From a virus (Duplodnaviria; Caudoviricetes), in IMG/VR virus record IMGVR_UViG_3300025426_000021, positions 20,229 to 84,228 of that record: DNA of 64,000 nt; one strand, 5' to 3'. The notes beneath the pieces were generated by a model, which had not been told where the DNA came from, searched no databases, and worked only from the letters and a program-made list of their open reading frames with translations. This document shows, piece after piece, positions 1 through 9,658 of this stretch; within the stretch, counting starts at the first letter, position 1; each line of letters begins with the position of its first letter. Made by a program: the position numbers and the translations under genes.

Positions 1-2
1 TT

Positions 3-1835
3 GGTGGGGGTTCATGCCCAACAATACATCAGTTCTCAGATTTAAACAGCAACGGTGTAGGTATGATTGTGCTTAACGAAGCTCAAACAACCATTAATGA
101 AAAGTTTGAAGGTTTATACGTTAACTTAGCAGATAACACAGGTTTAAATCCTACATCTAATTTTAACGAAATCAACAACATCTATACTATTGTAAGCGAT
201 ACAACATACTTTGACCCAACAGTAGGTACTGGTACCCATCAGTATCAAGTTATACCAAGTAGCCGTTTAGACTTCCAGTTATCTGCTACAAATACAGACC
301 CTAATGTAAGTCTTTCTCATATTGTTGAAAATATTCCTTCATACGATATTGCTAACATTAACGGTACAAGCAACGAGTTTAACGATTTAGGTATCTTATC
401 ACTATTTAAGATCAAGACTTCACCTTTTGCTGCTAACCCATTACAGTTAACTTATAACTTAGTAGAAGGTTACGCAACATCGTTCTATTCTAACCGTACT
501 GTACAAGATGTTAACGGTGGTGCTCCTAAGAACGACTTTATACAGACAGTTGTTAACAACGCTTCAAAGAACTTAACAGTTTACGTTAACCCAAATATTT
601 CAAACCAACTTACTTGGTTAGACAATAACGGTAATGCACAAAAATCAGTAAGAGTTATTAATACAGATCTTTACTCAACTGAAGCTTCACTAGCTACAAA
701 AGGGTGGCAGGTAGCTGATAAGTTATTCCCATTAGGTGTTTATGCTCCTACATTAGATACAACTAATAACAAAGTTATCGGTGATATTGGTGCAAAGTTA
801 GACAATGCTTTAGAGCTAGCTGCAAATGCTGATACAGTAAACATTGACGTTGTAGTTGATGCAGGTCTTTCAACTATTGCAGGCGGTACTTGCCAACTTT
901 CCGGCACATTTGACGATACATTATTTGATACAACTGTACAAGCTGCTTTAACTAACTTATCAAAGTCAGATGGTACTTATAATGCTTCAGCAAATCCTTA
1001 TACAATAGCTTGGAGCAACATTACAAGCAAGTTCGTTAACTTCACAACAAATACTCGTAAAGATTGTATCTTTATTTCTGACCCATTACGTCAAGTATTT
1101 GTACAAGGTATTAACTATAAAATATTAAGCGACAAGTCTAAGAACTTCTCACAAAACGTTTACTGGCCTTTACGTAATCTTTATTCTGGTACAAACTCAA
1201 GTTATGCTGCAACTTATGGTAACTGGGTCTTAATACAAGATTCATTTACTAACAAGCCAACATGGTTACCATTCTCTGGTTTTGCTTCTGCGTTATACAC
1301 AACTAACGATTCAGTTGCTTATCCATGGGCTGCACCAGCTGGTTTAAGTCGTGGTGTTATTAACGGTATTGTTGACATTGCTGTTAACCCAAATCAAAAA
1401 CAACGCGATTTACTTTATAAGATCTCGGTTAACCCAGTAGTAAACTTCCCTGGTTCTGGCTTCTCAATACAAGGTCAAAAGACATTATTAGCTACACCAA
1501 GTGCATTTGATCGTATTAATGTTCGTCGTTTATTCCTCTTCTTAGAGAAATCAGTTCTTAATACAAGCAGAAGCTTTGTATTTGAACCAAACACAACATT
1601 TACACAGAATCGCTTAGTAAACACAATCGACCCCGTATTTAAGTTAGCTAAGAATACTCAAGGCATTTACGACTACTTAATCGTATGTAACTCTACTAAC
1701 AACACACCTAGTGTTGTTGATGACAACTCACTTGTAGTAGATATCTACATTAAACCAGTTCGTACTGCAGAGTTTATCTTAGTAAACTTCTATGCTACTA
1801 AGACATCTCAGAACTTCCAAGAGTTATTACAATAA
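3..1835 (+). CDS. Contractile tail sheath protein (T4 gp18-like), 5'-truncated by window edge
   Basis: C-terminal sheath motifs WAAPAGLSRG, VNPVVNFPG, GQKTL, FDRINVRRLFL, FVFEPN, IYIKPVRTAEFI. The frame is open from position 3, so the true start is upstream of the window. Confidence 0.95.
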   Translation, partial: GGGSCPTIHQFSDLNSNGVGMIVLNEAQTTINEKFEGLYVNLADNTGLNPTSNFNEINNIYTIVSDTTYFDPTVGTGTHQYQVIPSSRLDFQLSATNTDPNVSLSHIVENIPSYDIANINGTSNEFNDLGILSLFKIKTSPFAANPLQLTYNLVEGYATSFYSNRTVQDVNGGAPKNDFIQTVVNNASKNLTVYVNPNISNQLTWLDNNGNAQKSVRVINTDLYSTEASLATKGWQVADKLFPLGVYAPTLDTTNNKVIGDIGAKLDNALELAANADTVNIDVVVDAGLSTIAGGTCQLSGTFDDTLFDTTVQAALTNLSKSDGTYNASANPYTIAWSNITSKFVNFTTNTRKDCIFISDPLRQVFVQGINYKILSDKSKNFSQNVYWPLRNLYSGTNSSYAATYGNWVLIQDSFTNKPTWLPFSGFASALYTTNDSVAYPWAAPAGLSRGVINGIVDIAVNPNQKQRDLLYKISVNPVVNFPGSGFSIQGQKTLLATPSAFDRINVRRLFLFLEKSVLNTSRSFVFEPNTTFTQNRLVNTIDPVFKLAKNTQGIYDYLIVCNSTNNTPSVVDDNSLVVDIYIKPVRTAEFILVNFYATKTSQNFQELLQ

Positions 1836-1843
1836 CCTTAACA

Positions 1844-1849
1844 TAAATA
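1844..1849 (+). promoter_or_regulatory. Late promoter core TAAATA, 6 nt before tail tube ATG
   Basis: Resembles the T4 gp55 late promoter TATAAATA; the TAA(A/G)TA-N5-7-ATG pattern recurs across the window. Confidence 0.7.
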
Positions 1850-1855
1850 TTTAAT

Positions 1856-2377
1856 ATGTCACAAACAATACAAGACTTCTATAGAGTAGCACAGCAAAGA
1901 GACTTTGCACGTGACTACATGTTACGGGTAGTTTCTATCGGTAATAACACGTTCAACGAAGACGATTTCGTTTACATTACTACTGCTACACTACCTTCTA
2001 GAGACATTCAAAACCAAACAGCTACTTATATGGGTCTAGATTTTAACTTCCCAGGCACTGTAAAGTACCCAGGAAGCAATGGATGGAATATTGAGTTCCG
2101 TGCTGATAAAGCTAACGTTCTTCGTAACAAACTTGAAGATTGGCAAAGAGGTCAAGTATTCAATGATGCTACAAGCACAGGTGACTTATCAGTAAGAGGT
2201 CCTGAATCTCTTATCCAACTACATCAAGTAGACGATAAACTCAATGTTCTTAACATTTTTAACCTATACGGAGCATATGTACAAAAGCTCGGTGAACTAA
2301 AGTATGATACTGCTGGTACTGGTAAACCTTTAACGTTTACTGCTACATTAGCATATCACTACTGGACAAGAGGTTAA
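1856..2377 (+). CDS. Major tail tube protein (gp19-like)
   Basis: Directly follows the sheath gene; 173 aa; tube-like pattern (ATLPSR, FPGTVKY, W-x-I-x-F, YGAY, F-x-A-T-L-A-Y); followed by a terminator. Confidence 0.85.
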   Translation: MSQTIQDFYRVAQQRDFARDYMLRVVSIGNNTFNEDDFVYITTATLPSRDIQNQTATYMGLDFNFPGTVKYPGSNGWNIEFRADKANVLRNKLEDWQRGQVFNDATSTGDLSVRGPESLIQLHQVDDKLNVLNIFNLYGAYVQKLGELKYDTAGTGKPLTFTATLAYHYWTRG

Positions 2378-2396
2378 TCAGTAGTTATTTGTTATT

Positions 2397-2422
2397 AACC
2401 CGACTGCAAAGTCGGGTTTTTT
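2397..2422 (+). terminator. Rho-independent terminator after tail tube
   Basis: AACCCGACT-GCAA-AGTCGGGTT hairpin followed by a T-run. Confidence 0.85.
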
Positions 2423-2446
2423 ATTGTTCTAAGCTTAAGTATTAGT

Positions 2447-2977
2447 ATGGCATTACAGGATTTTAATACTGCAGTTCAAGATTTTGGATTCGGCAAAAAA
2501 TATAGCTTCCAAGTGACTGATCTTCAAGGTCCGCCAAGCTTGGTAAGTTTTAATGCTAAACAATGGCTGTATGTAGAATCTCTTACTATACCCTCAAGAA
2601 AGACAAATACAACAAAAGTACCGTACAAAGCTTTTGATTTTGTGGTTCCAACCAATACTTCTTTTCCGGAGAATGAAAGCTGGAAAGTAAACTTTTTTTC
2701 AGATGAAAAATTAAAAATTAGAAGGCTCTTTGACACTTGGAGTGAAGCAACATACAAGTTTACAAATAATTATGGTGGTGGTAACTTAGGTTTTGGTAAC
2801 TGTAACCTAGAAATAACAATAAACGATGATAAAGGTTCTACAAAAAAAGCTTTTACTCTGTACGGAGTGTATCCAGTTTTAATAGGTAGTATGGAATATA
2901 ATGTATCTGATGCAGGTACAACTGTAGCTAAGGTTCCGGTTACTTTAGCATTCCAATATTTTGATAGTAAGTATTAA
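2447..2977 (+). CDS. Tail tube-fold paralog 2 (gp19-like)
   Basis: Same pattern as 1856..2377 (TIPSRK, W-x-V-x-F, LYGVYP, VTLAFQYF); TAAGTA 5 nt upstream. Confidence 0.75.
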   Translation: MALQDFNTAVQDFGFGKKYSFQVTDLQGPPSLVSFNAKQWLYVESLTIPSRKTNTTKVPYKAFDFVVPTNTSFPENESWKVNFFSDEKLKIRRLFDTWSEATYKFTNNYGGGNLGFGNCNLEITINDDKGSTKKAFTLYGVYPVLIGSMEYNVSDAGTTVAKVPVTLAFQYFDSKY

Positions 2978-2978
2978 T

Positions 2979-3605
2979 ATGTCGGATTACACTTCCCAAG
3001 ATTTAAATGCTTTTTACCGCGCAATACAACTGTACGGGTTCTCACGCGATTTTCAAGCTAGGGTAGATAGTATTTCGATTAACAATAAATTTTTTGTAGT
3101 TCCAGGTGTTGGTACAGACACACAAGCACCTCTTTTGTATATAAAAGATTTTACTATACCGGGCGTTAAAAAAGCAGTCGCTTCTGTAAAATATCAAGGG
3201 GTAGACTTTCATGCCCCTGGTACAAGAGATTTCGGTGATAGTAAGAACTGGGCAGTTACTTTCTATACAGATCAAAACTTAATATTTAAAACTTGGCTAC
3301 AAAACAGACTTATTGAATCAGCTTCTAATACTTCTAATTCATCAAATCATATACCTAACGATAATGATTACGCACAAATTTCAGTTTATAATGATAGTCT
3401 TCAAAAAGTAGCTAGTTATAAAATAAACGGTTTATTTGTTATAGATGTACCTAGTCAAACATATGATGTGTCTGGTGGTGGTAAGATACAAGAACTAAAA
3501 GTGGTGTTCGGCTATCAAAACTGGACTACATTACCAGTACAAGCAAACTTGGTGAAAACATCTGCTGATCAAGCTATAACAGCTAATTCATTATTAGGTA
3601 TTTAA
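2979..3605 (+). CDS. Tail tube-fold paralog 3
   Basis: GFSRDFQARV, TIPG, FHAPGT, WAVTFY, VFGYQNW resemble the tube gene. Start moved to ATG 2979, which lies 5 nt after TAAGTA. Confidence 0.7.
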   Translation: MSDYTSQDLNAFYRAIQLYGFSRDFQARVDSISINNKFFVVPGVGTDTQAPLLYIKDFTIPGVKKAVASVKYQGVDFHAPGTRDFGDSKNWAVTFYTDQNLIFKTWLQNRLIESASNTSNSSNHIPNDNDYAQISVYNDSLQKVASYKINGLFVIDVPSQTYDVSGGGKIQELKVVFGYQNWTTLPVQANLVKTSADQAITANSLLGI

Positions 3606-3606
3606 A

Positions 3607-4263
3607 ATGAATCGTATAACAGATATAAATACGTTTCTGACACAAGTACTGTCAAACCCTAACTTTCATATACCTGTTGAAGCGAATTTTATTGTAGGGT
3701 TTAGTGACTTACAAGAAAGAATAATTCCGAACTTATCAACTGCAAAAGTACCAGATCAAACCAGCGGGGTGGCTAATTTGTGGTCTAAGATACCAGATAA
3801 TGATATCTTTTTTGCAAACGGAGTATCTTTACCAGGAGAAACAATAAAAGCTGGTAGAGCAGGATTCTCGGCTAGCGGTGAAACCCTGTATGGTGGTCTT
3901 TTATCAAGCCCTGTACTGAACGGTCGTACTGATTTAGTACCTTTAGAAATAGACTTTCTAGAAACGAACCAATCTTTTGTTGATAACGTTATAAGACCAT
4001 GGATTATTAATGCATCTCATTTTGGTTTGTTTGCAAGGGATAGCAGTCAGTCTGCACAAAATCAAAATTTTAAAACAAATATTACTATTAATTTTTTAGA
4101 TAAACAAGGTAGTGATTCTGACTTTGTAAGTCGTAAAAGAATTTATTACGAAAACGCCGTACCGATAAGTGTTGCAGCTGCAAACTTTAACTACGGTGGT
4201 TCTAAAGCAGGTGTTCGTAGTATAAAAACCACGTGGTTATATTCTACATACTCGATAAGTTAA
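3607..4263 (+). CDS. Tube-fold baseplate/tube junction protein (gp54-like)
   Basis: VSLPGE, IDFLET, RPW, YENAVPISV, WLYS motifs; position within the tail module. Confidence 0.55.
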   Translation: MNRITDINTFLTQVLSNPNFHIPVEANFIVGFSDLQERIIPNLSTAKVPDQTSGVANLWSKIPDNDIFFANGVSLPGETIKAGRAGFSASGETLYGGLLSSPVLNGRTDLVPLEIDFLETNQSFVDNVIRPWIINASHFGLFARDSSQSAQNQNFKTNITINFLDKQGSDSDFVSRKRIYYENAVPISVAAANFNYGGSKAGVRSIKTTWLYSTYSIS

Positions 4264-4269
4264 TAGGCA

Positions 4270-5190
4270 ATGCCTTTTAAGTTAAATGCTTATCTCCCTA
4301 GTAAACAACTAGAAGTACAGATAAAAGAGCTCTGTTATAAACAATATAGAGAGCTTGTTAAAAGCTTATACAACACTGATAAGAAAGAAACCTTACAACA
4401 ATACAACTCTATACTAGAGGATCTTTGTCCGGATATAGTTGGTAAAGATATAACGTTTGAAGATAAGCTTTATTTGCTGTTGACTGTACGCAACTACTGT
4501 GTTAGTCCGGATTTAAAGTTAAAATGTACATTACCGGATAAAACTACCTTTAACTATACAATACCAGTTGATACTATCATTACCAAGGTTAAAAATATTA
4601 ATAAATCCGGTAAGGTAACTGTAGATGACATTGCTGTAGAGTATTCTAGTTATAAAGTGAGAGATGAACATGTTTTTCTTAGTAATAACAAAGATATACT
4701 TGTAGTATTAGCGTCTTATATAGATAACATAAAGACAGATACCCTAAATGTAGATTTTAAGGATTTTCCGTTAAACGAAAGAACAATGATTATAAACTCA
4801 TTACCTCAATCCGTTGTAAACGAGCTTATAAAAAGTATAGTTGCTAAAGAAGAAGAACTTAACTTAATAGACCTAATATTAGTAAAGGATCCTACAAATG
4901 ATAAAACGTTGTTGAGACTTTCATGTAGTGTTACTTTTGAAGTATTACAAAAGATGATCGAGTTCTTGTTTACAGAGAACTTAAACAACATTTATAGAAC
5001 TTTATACAATGCTGTTAAACATTTAGATTTTACCCCAGAATACGTAGATAGTATTACTCCTGTTGAAATACAGGTTTATTGGATGTACTTTATGCAGGAT
5101 AAAGCTGAAGCTGCTAAAAATAATACTCAAAACCCTTCACCTGGATTTAATCCACCGACTAGCACACCTAACTCAGAGCTAGGATTCTAA
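4270..5190 (+). CDS. Baseplate hub assembly protein (gp26/gp51-like)
   Basis: N-terminal YLPSK...IKEL...YRELVK and D-x-x-Y-L-L-L-x-V-R pattern; tail-module context. Confidence 0.5.
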   Translation: MPFKLNAYLPSKQLEVQIKELCYKQYRELVKSLYNTDKKETLQQYNSILEDLCPDIVGKDITFEDKLYLLLTVRNYCVSPDLKLKCTLPDKTTFNYTIPVDTIITKVKNINKSGKVTVDDIAVEYSSYKVRDEHVFLSNNKDILVVLASYIDNIKTDTLNVDFKDFPLNERTMIINSLPQSVVNELIKSIVAKEEELNLIDLILVKDPTNDKTLLRLSCSVTFEVLQKMIEFLFTENLNNIYRTLYNAVKHLDFTPEYVDSITPVEIQVYWMYFMQDKAEAAKNNTQNPSPGFNPPTSTPNSELGF

Positions 5191-5211
5191 GAATACCGGG
5201 TAAGTATTTTT

Positions 5212-5970
5212 ATGCCTAATGTAAATGATTTCCTAGCAAGTCTTAATACCCTTGCTGAAAAAAACTCTATCGATGTTTATTTGCCTACACTACAAAGAAG
5301 TGTAAAGTTTAAACCTGTTACAGCTAAACAACATAAAAGCCTGTACACCTGTGTTAGAGATAATGTAATATATAATACAAAGTTTTTTATATTAACACAT
5401 GATATTATTAAAGATAACTGTCTAGAACCAGATGTTATAAAGCAGCTTACCATTATTGACAGAGTTTTTGTATTGCTTGCACTAAGAAAAGATATTCTAG
5501 GTACAACTATAAAACAGAAAAATGCTGACTTTAGTAACTGTATACAAGCAGCTACTAGTGTAACATTACCGGTTAATGAAACATTTGTTAATAGTGGAGT
5601 AAAAATAGAAGTACAAGTACCTACCCTTGAAGATGCTTATAACATGGAAAAAGAGTTAAGAGGTAATTTAGAGCCTAAAACTCTAACTGTTGATATGCTC
5701 ACTCAAGAAGTTATTTTAAACAGTCTATGCAAATATATTAAAAACATCTGGATAGTAGGAGAAAGCGAGGACACAGATTTAAACTTTAGCTCTTTTTCGT
5801 ATAAAGATCGTATAACTTTAATAGAGCAGTTACCAGCTACTGTTCTTACTTCTATGCAAAGTTTTGCAGGTAAAGTAACAAGCATACAAGATAATGCTAC
5901 TAAAGCACTAGCTAACGACAATACAGAGGTACAGTTCTTTATTAACGCGGATTTCTTTTTATCCGAGTGA
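5212..5970 (+). CDS. Baseplate hub assembly protein (gp26-like) paralog
   Basis: VYLPTLQRSVKFKPVTAKQHKSL and IDRVFVLLALR resemble the gp26 N-terminus. Confidence 0.55.
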   Translation: MPNVNDFLASLNTLAEKNSIDVYLPTLQRSVKFKPVTAKQHKSLYTCVRDNVIYNTKFFILTHDIIKDNCLEPDVIKQLTIIDRVFVLLALRKDILGTTIKQKNADFSNCIQAATSVTLPVNETFVNSGVKIEVQVPTLEDAYNMEKELRGNLEPKTLTVDMLTQEVILNSLCKYIKNIWIVGESEDTDLNFSSFSYKDRITLIEQLPATVLTSMQSFAGKVTSIQDNATKALANDNTEVQFFINADFFLSE

Positions 5971-6001
5971 CATAAGGACAGTTTAATACCTAAGTATTTT
6001 T

Positions 6002-7834
6002 ATGTCCGAAGAGACTGATCAACAGGTATTAGAGTCTAATGCTTCTTTAACTGAAGCAATAGGTAAGCTTGCGGATGCTTTAACTAAAAGTAGCAAGTTA
6101 GGTGCACAAAGTAAATCCCTGGTTGATTTAATAGGAGAGTTAAACGAAAAAGTAGATAAGATCGGTAAGCAGGTTGCTACTGGTGTTAAGGAAGGTATAT
6201 CTGGTGTTTCTGGTGCATCTTCTTTTGTTACTACAGATAAAGAAGGTAGATTAGAAGAAATATACGAAAAGGATCAAGTCATAAGAGAGGCTTTAAGAAT
6301 ATTATCGGAAAAGGAAAGAAACTTTGAAAAAAGCGGAGAAAAAGAAAAACTCCAAGATGTAGAAACTGCAACTAAATCTAGGTTAAGTCAAGTAGAGGGG
6401 TTTTTTAGTAGATATATACCAAGCTCTATACAAGGTATATTAAGCTTTTTAGGCGGTAAAGAAATATTAGAATCTGTAAACAAATCTGTAATAAACAGTA
6501 TAACAGGCATGTTTGCAGGGAAAGAAAAAGAGAAAGCTGATGACCTGAAAAGAGCAAGAGAGCAAATTTATAAAGATAGAGATGAACAAGAGAATAAGAG
6601 ACGGGAAAGCGACGAGACTAATGAAAACAGAAAAAAAGCTTACGAAACTTATTGGTCAGGAGATATAATACCGGAAAGCAATTTAAATAATACAGGAGAA
6701 TCGGTTAAGACTGATATGTCTATAGTACCAGTTAATAGGGAAGATAGTCTAGGAGGTAAAAACAAAAAATCAGTAAACAATGTTGAAAACGAAGGCTCGT
6801 CTGAAGCAGTAACAAAAGATAACGCTATTCTTAGCGAAGAAGCATCAGAGATAAAAGTTTCAATAGTAGATATTAAGCCAGAAGTATTAAACAGCTTGGC
6901 AGCGGCAATAAAAGATGCATTAACAGAAAAGCGTTCATTAACAAGTGAAAATGATACTTCTACAGCAGGTAAGGTACCCTCATCCTCAGTTGAGACGGTA
7001 AGCACATCTGTACCTGAAGCACCAAGGCCAGGAGAACTTGAAGTATTACCTGAAGAGGAACCGGCAACTCCAGTCTCTTTTATAAACACTTTAAGAAATG
7101 TTACTTCATCAGGTAAAGACTCAGGTAAAGAACAACAAGAAGGAAATCAATCGCCAAACTCTAGTTTAAATACTAACATTTTAACTGGGATTGAGCAAGG
7201 AGCAGGTAAAGCTGCTACGCAAATGTTATTACCTTTGCTTGTTTCAGCAGCTACAAATCTTTTATTGGGCGGACCTGAAAACCCAGTTGCAGATGTTGCT
7301 AGTGCTTGGACATACGAAGAAATGTCAACGCTGGGAGGTGCTGCAAAAGGTGGGGATATAAAAAAAGACGTACCTATTGTGGTAGGAGAAGAAGGACCGG
7401 AAGTATTTGTTCCAAGTAATAATGGTACTGTAATACCTAATGATAAAATAAAAGATACTGATAGTGTTGCAGCCACCCCTGCAATAGAAAAACTTACTTC
7501 TCTGTTTTCTTCTACTAGTACTGATAAGCAAACCACAGTAACAGCTTTACCTTCAGAAGAGCTTAAAACTATTTCAAACGTAACTAATATAAATAATGAT
7601 TCTAATATGTTATTAAGTGAAGTTAATAAAACTTTGCTTGATATAAGCAGTAAGTTAGAAAATAACTTAAAAAACCCTGTTAATCAACCTGCTACAGCAA
7701 ATACAGCTGGTGTTATGAGTAGTAGCAGTACTAATAATAATAGTAGTATTAATATAACAACAAATAGTAGCCCTATAACCAATTCGCGTATAATAACGGA
7801 TACTATGTTATATAGAAGGAGAGCTCTAGCTTAA
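6002..7834 (+). CDS. Probable tape-measure/baseplate hub-associated protein
   Basis: Coiled-coil and low-complexity sequence with an AKGG...IVVGEEGPEVFVP motif common in tape-measure-type proteins. Confidence 0.5.
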   Translation: MSEETDQQVLESNASLTEAIGKLADALTKSSKLGAQSKSLVDLIGELNEKVDKIGKQVATGVKEGISGVSGASSFVTTDKEGRLEEIYEKDQVIREALRILSEKERNFEKSGEKEKLQDVETATKSRLSQVEGFFSRYIPSSIQGILSFLGGKEILESVNKSVINSITGMFAGKEKEKADDLKRAREQIYKDRDEQENKRRESDETNENRKKAYETYWSGDIIPESNLNNTGESVKTDMSIVPVNREDSLGGKNKKSVNNVENEGSSEAVTKDNAILSEEASEIKVSIVDIKPEVLNSLAAAIKDALTEKRSLTSENDTSTAGKVPSSSVETVSTSVPEAPRPGELEVLPEEEPATPVSFINTLRNVTSSGKDSGKEQQEGNQSPNSSLNTNILTGIEQGAGKAATQMLLPLLVSAATNLLLGGPENPVADVASAWTYEEMSTLGGAAKGGDIKKDVPIVVGEEGPEVFVPSNNGTVIPNDKIKDTDSVAATPAIEKLTSLFSSTSTDKQTTVTALPSEELKTISNVTNINNDSNMLLSEVNKTLLDISSKLENNLKNPVNQPATANTAGVMSSSSTNNNSSINITTNSSPITNSRIITDTMLYRRRALA

Positions 7835-7842
7835 GTAATATT

Positions 7843-9279
7843 ATGGCCGACTTATTTCCTCAAGATTCAGTTGCTGGGTATAGTCCAGATGTTGATACAA
7901 AAACTCAACAACTTGATGCGGCTAATAGCATAACTGCAGATATGCAAAGCACCGGGGGAGTATCTGTAGCGGGGACAGGAGCAAAATCTTTGTTAAATGT
8001 TGGTAAGTGGGATGTACATGGTTCTTGGAACTGGGCATTAAATTTAGGTTCCACTACTGATGATGTAAGGCAGTATGTACCGAGAATAAAAATGATAGAA
8101 TATAATCTAACATCTAGTTCTCAATTAAATGCTTTTAAACTATTTTTATCCCAAACCCAATCTCAATTAGATCTCGCAGGTGTTGATCAAAACATTGAAA
8201 GTAATATAGCTACGCTATTTGCTAACAGCGCAATAAACAACCTAAATCAATATGTAGGAGAAAATAATGGAACCGCGCAACCAGGCGGCTTTAGTGAAAC
8301 CGACCCTTATTATGGTTTATATCAAGGTAAAGTTACAGGCAATGAGTACGTTTTACCTTATTTGAGTTCACAAAATATGACTTCAGTCTTAGGATCCTGG
8401 GCTAAAGTTGACGATAAAAATCTTGTGACTGCTTTAGCTAAAGCGGCTATATTTAAGAGTGGTGGATTTACAGGTAAAATCGCAACTGATATACTTGGTC
8501 AAATACAAAGTGCAGGATTAACTTATGAACAGTTTGCTGCCCCAGCCGAGACGTTAGCTAGTTTAAATGCACCGGGCATTTCAAAAGAAACTATAAAAAT
8601 GTTTACACCAAACGAAAACGGAGACACAATAACTACTACGTTTTATTTGTTTAACACTGAAAAAGTTTCTGATATATTAGATAACTGGAACTTTTTATTT
8701 GCATTGACTTATCAAAACTTGCCTAATAGAAAATCTTTAAGCAGGATGGATCCACCTTGTATTTATGATGTAACAGTACCAGGGTTTAAAAGATTCCCAG
8801 TAGCAGTTGTTTCTGGATTAAAAGTAGACAATCTAGGTACTACAAGACTAGTAGATATAACTACCGGTGAAATGATGTCGGTAAATAAAGCGGAATCTAG
8901 TAAAAATGTAAAAATAATACCGGAAGCTTACAAGGTTACTATAACCATACAAAGTTTATTAATAAATTCTCGTAATTTATTTTATTATAACTATGATCAG
9001 ACTGATTCAGGAGCAAAAATAAATGTAATAACTTCTCCTGATCAAAACAATCAATCAAAACAAGCATTAACAAAAAATCTAGAAGATGCAACTAATGCTG
9101 CTGCAGCTGCTGCAAAAGCTGCGGAAGAAACTCAAAGTAATTACAATAATACAGTAATAAACGGTACTGCAGGAGAAGCTACTGCAGCTAACAATGCTAA
9201 TGTAGCGGCACAAAATGCAGCAGCTGCAGCGGTAGCAAATTTACGATCAGCTCTCAAATCCTCAGGACTAGGACCATAA
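7843..9279 (+). CDS. Baseplate tube cap-like protein (gp48-like) with Ala/Asn-rich tail
   Basis: F-x-L-F-N-T, YQNLPNR, PPCIYDVTVPG, IPEAYKVTITIQ pattern; lies upstream of the gp53-like gene. Confidence 0.5.
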   Translation: MADLFPQDSVAGYSPDVDTKTQQLDAANSITADMQSTGGVSVAGTGAKSLLNVGKWDVHGSWNWALNLGSTTDDVRQYVPRIKMIEYNLTSSSQLNAFKLFLSQTQSQLDLAGVDQNIESNIATLFANSAINNLNQYVGENNGTAQPGGFSETDPYYGLYQGKVTGNEYVLPYLSSQNMTSVLGSWAKVDDKNLVTALAKAAIFKSGGFTGKIATDILGQIQSAGLTYEQFAAPAETLASLNAPGISKETIKMFTPNENGDTITTTFYLFNTEKVSDILDNWNFLFALTYQNLPNRKSLSRMDPPCIYDVTVPGFKRFPVAVVSGLKVDNLGTTRLVDITTGEMMSVNKAESSKNVKIIPEAYKVTITIQSLLINSRNLFYYNYDQTDSGAKINVITSPDQNNQSKQALTKNLEDATNAAAAAAKAAEETQSNYNNTVINGTAGEATAANNANVAAQNAAAAAVANLRSALKSSGLGP

Positions 9280-9280
9280 T

Positions 9281-9658
9281 ATGGACGGACAAAAACAAAA
9301 TAATGTATCTACATTACCTACATTAAGTTTAATAAACTTAGAAAACTTATTTAATGTGTATAGTGAAACTGTTTATGATCCTAACATACAGAACTACTTT
9401 TATAACTTAATAGGTACTGTTAATATACCAGAAAACTTAAACGCTGCTACTTACACGGTATATACAGTAACAACAGATAATATGCCCTGGACGTTAATAG
9501 CTCAAAAAGTTTACAATGCACCTGGTTTATGGTGGTTAATATGTTGTATTAATAATATACAAAACCCTATACAGTTTCCTAAAGCTGGCACCAAGCTGAA
9601 AATTTTAACTCCAGATTACGTGTCTAGTGTGCTACAAAAAATAAATCAACCTAGCTAA
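9281..9658 (+). CDS. Baseplate wedge protein gp53-like (LysM-like)
   Basis: WTLIAQKVYNAPGLWWLICCINNIQNP...GTKLKIL is a typical gp53/LysM signature. Confidence 0.8.
   Translation: MDGQKQNNVSTLPTLSLINLENLFNVYSETVYDPNIQNYFYNLIGTVNIPENLNAATYTVYTVTTDNMPWTLIAQKVYNAPGLWWLICCINNIQNPIQFPKAGTKLKILTPDYVSSVLQKINQPS

Noticed and set aside
6649-7536. Antisense ORFs 6649..7089 and 7147..7536, and similar short shadow ORFs elsewhere such as 62175..62654
   Set aside because: They lie opposite well-supported genes and have no promoter or motif support.
9090-9240. GCT/GCA-rich repeat-like stretch
   Set aside because: It is explained by Ala-rich coding sequence at the end of the baseplate gene and is not a discrete DNA repeat.
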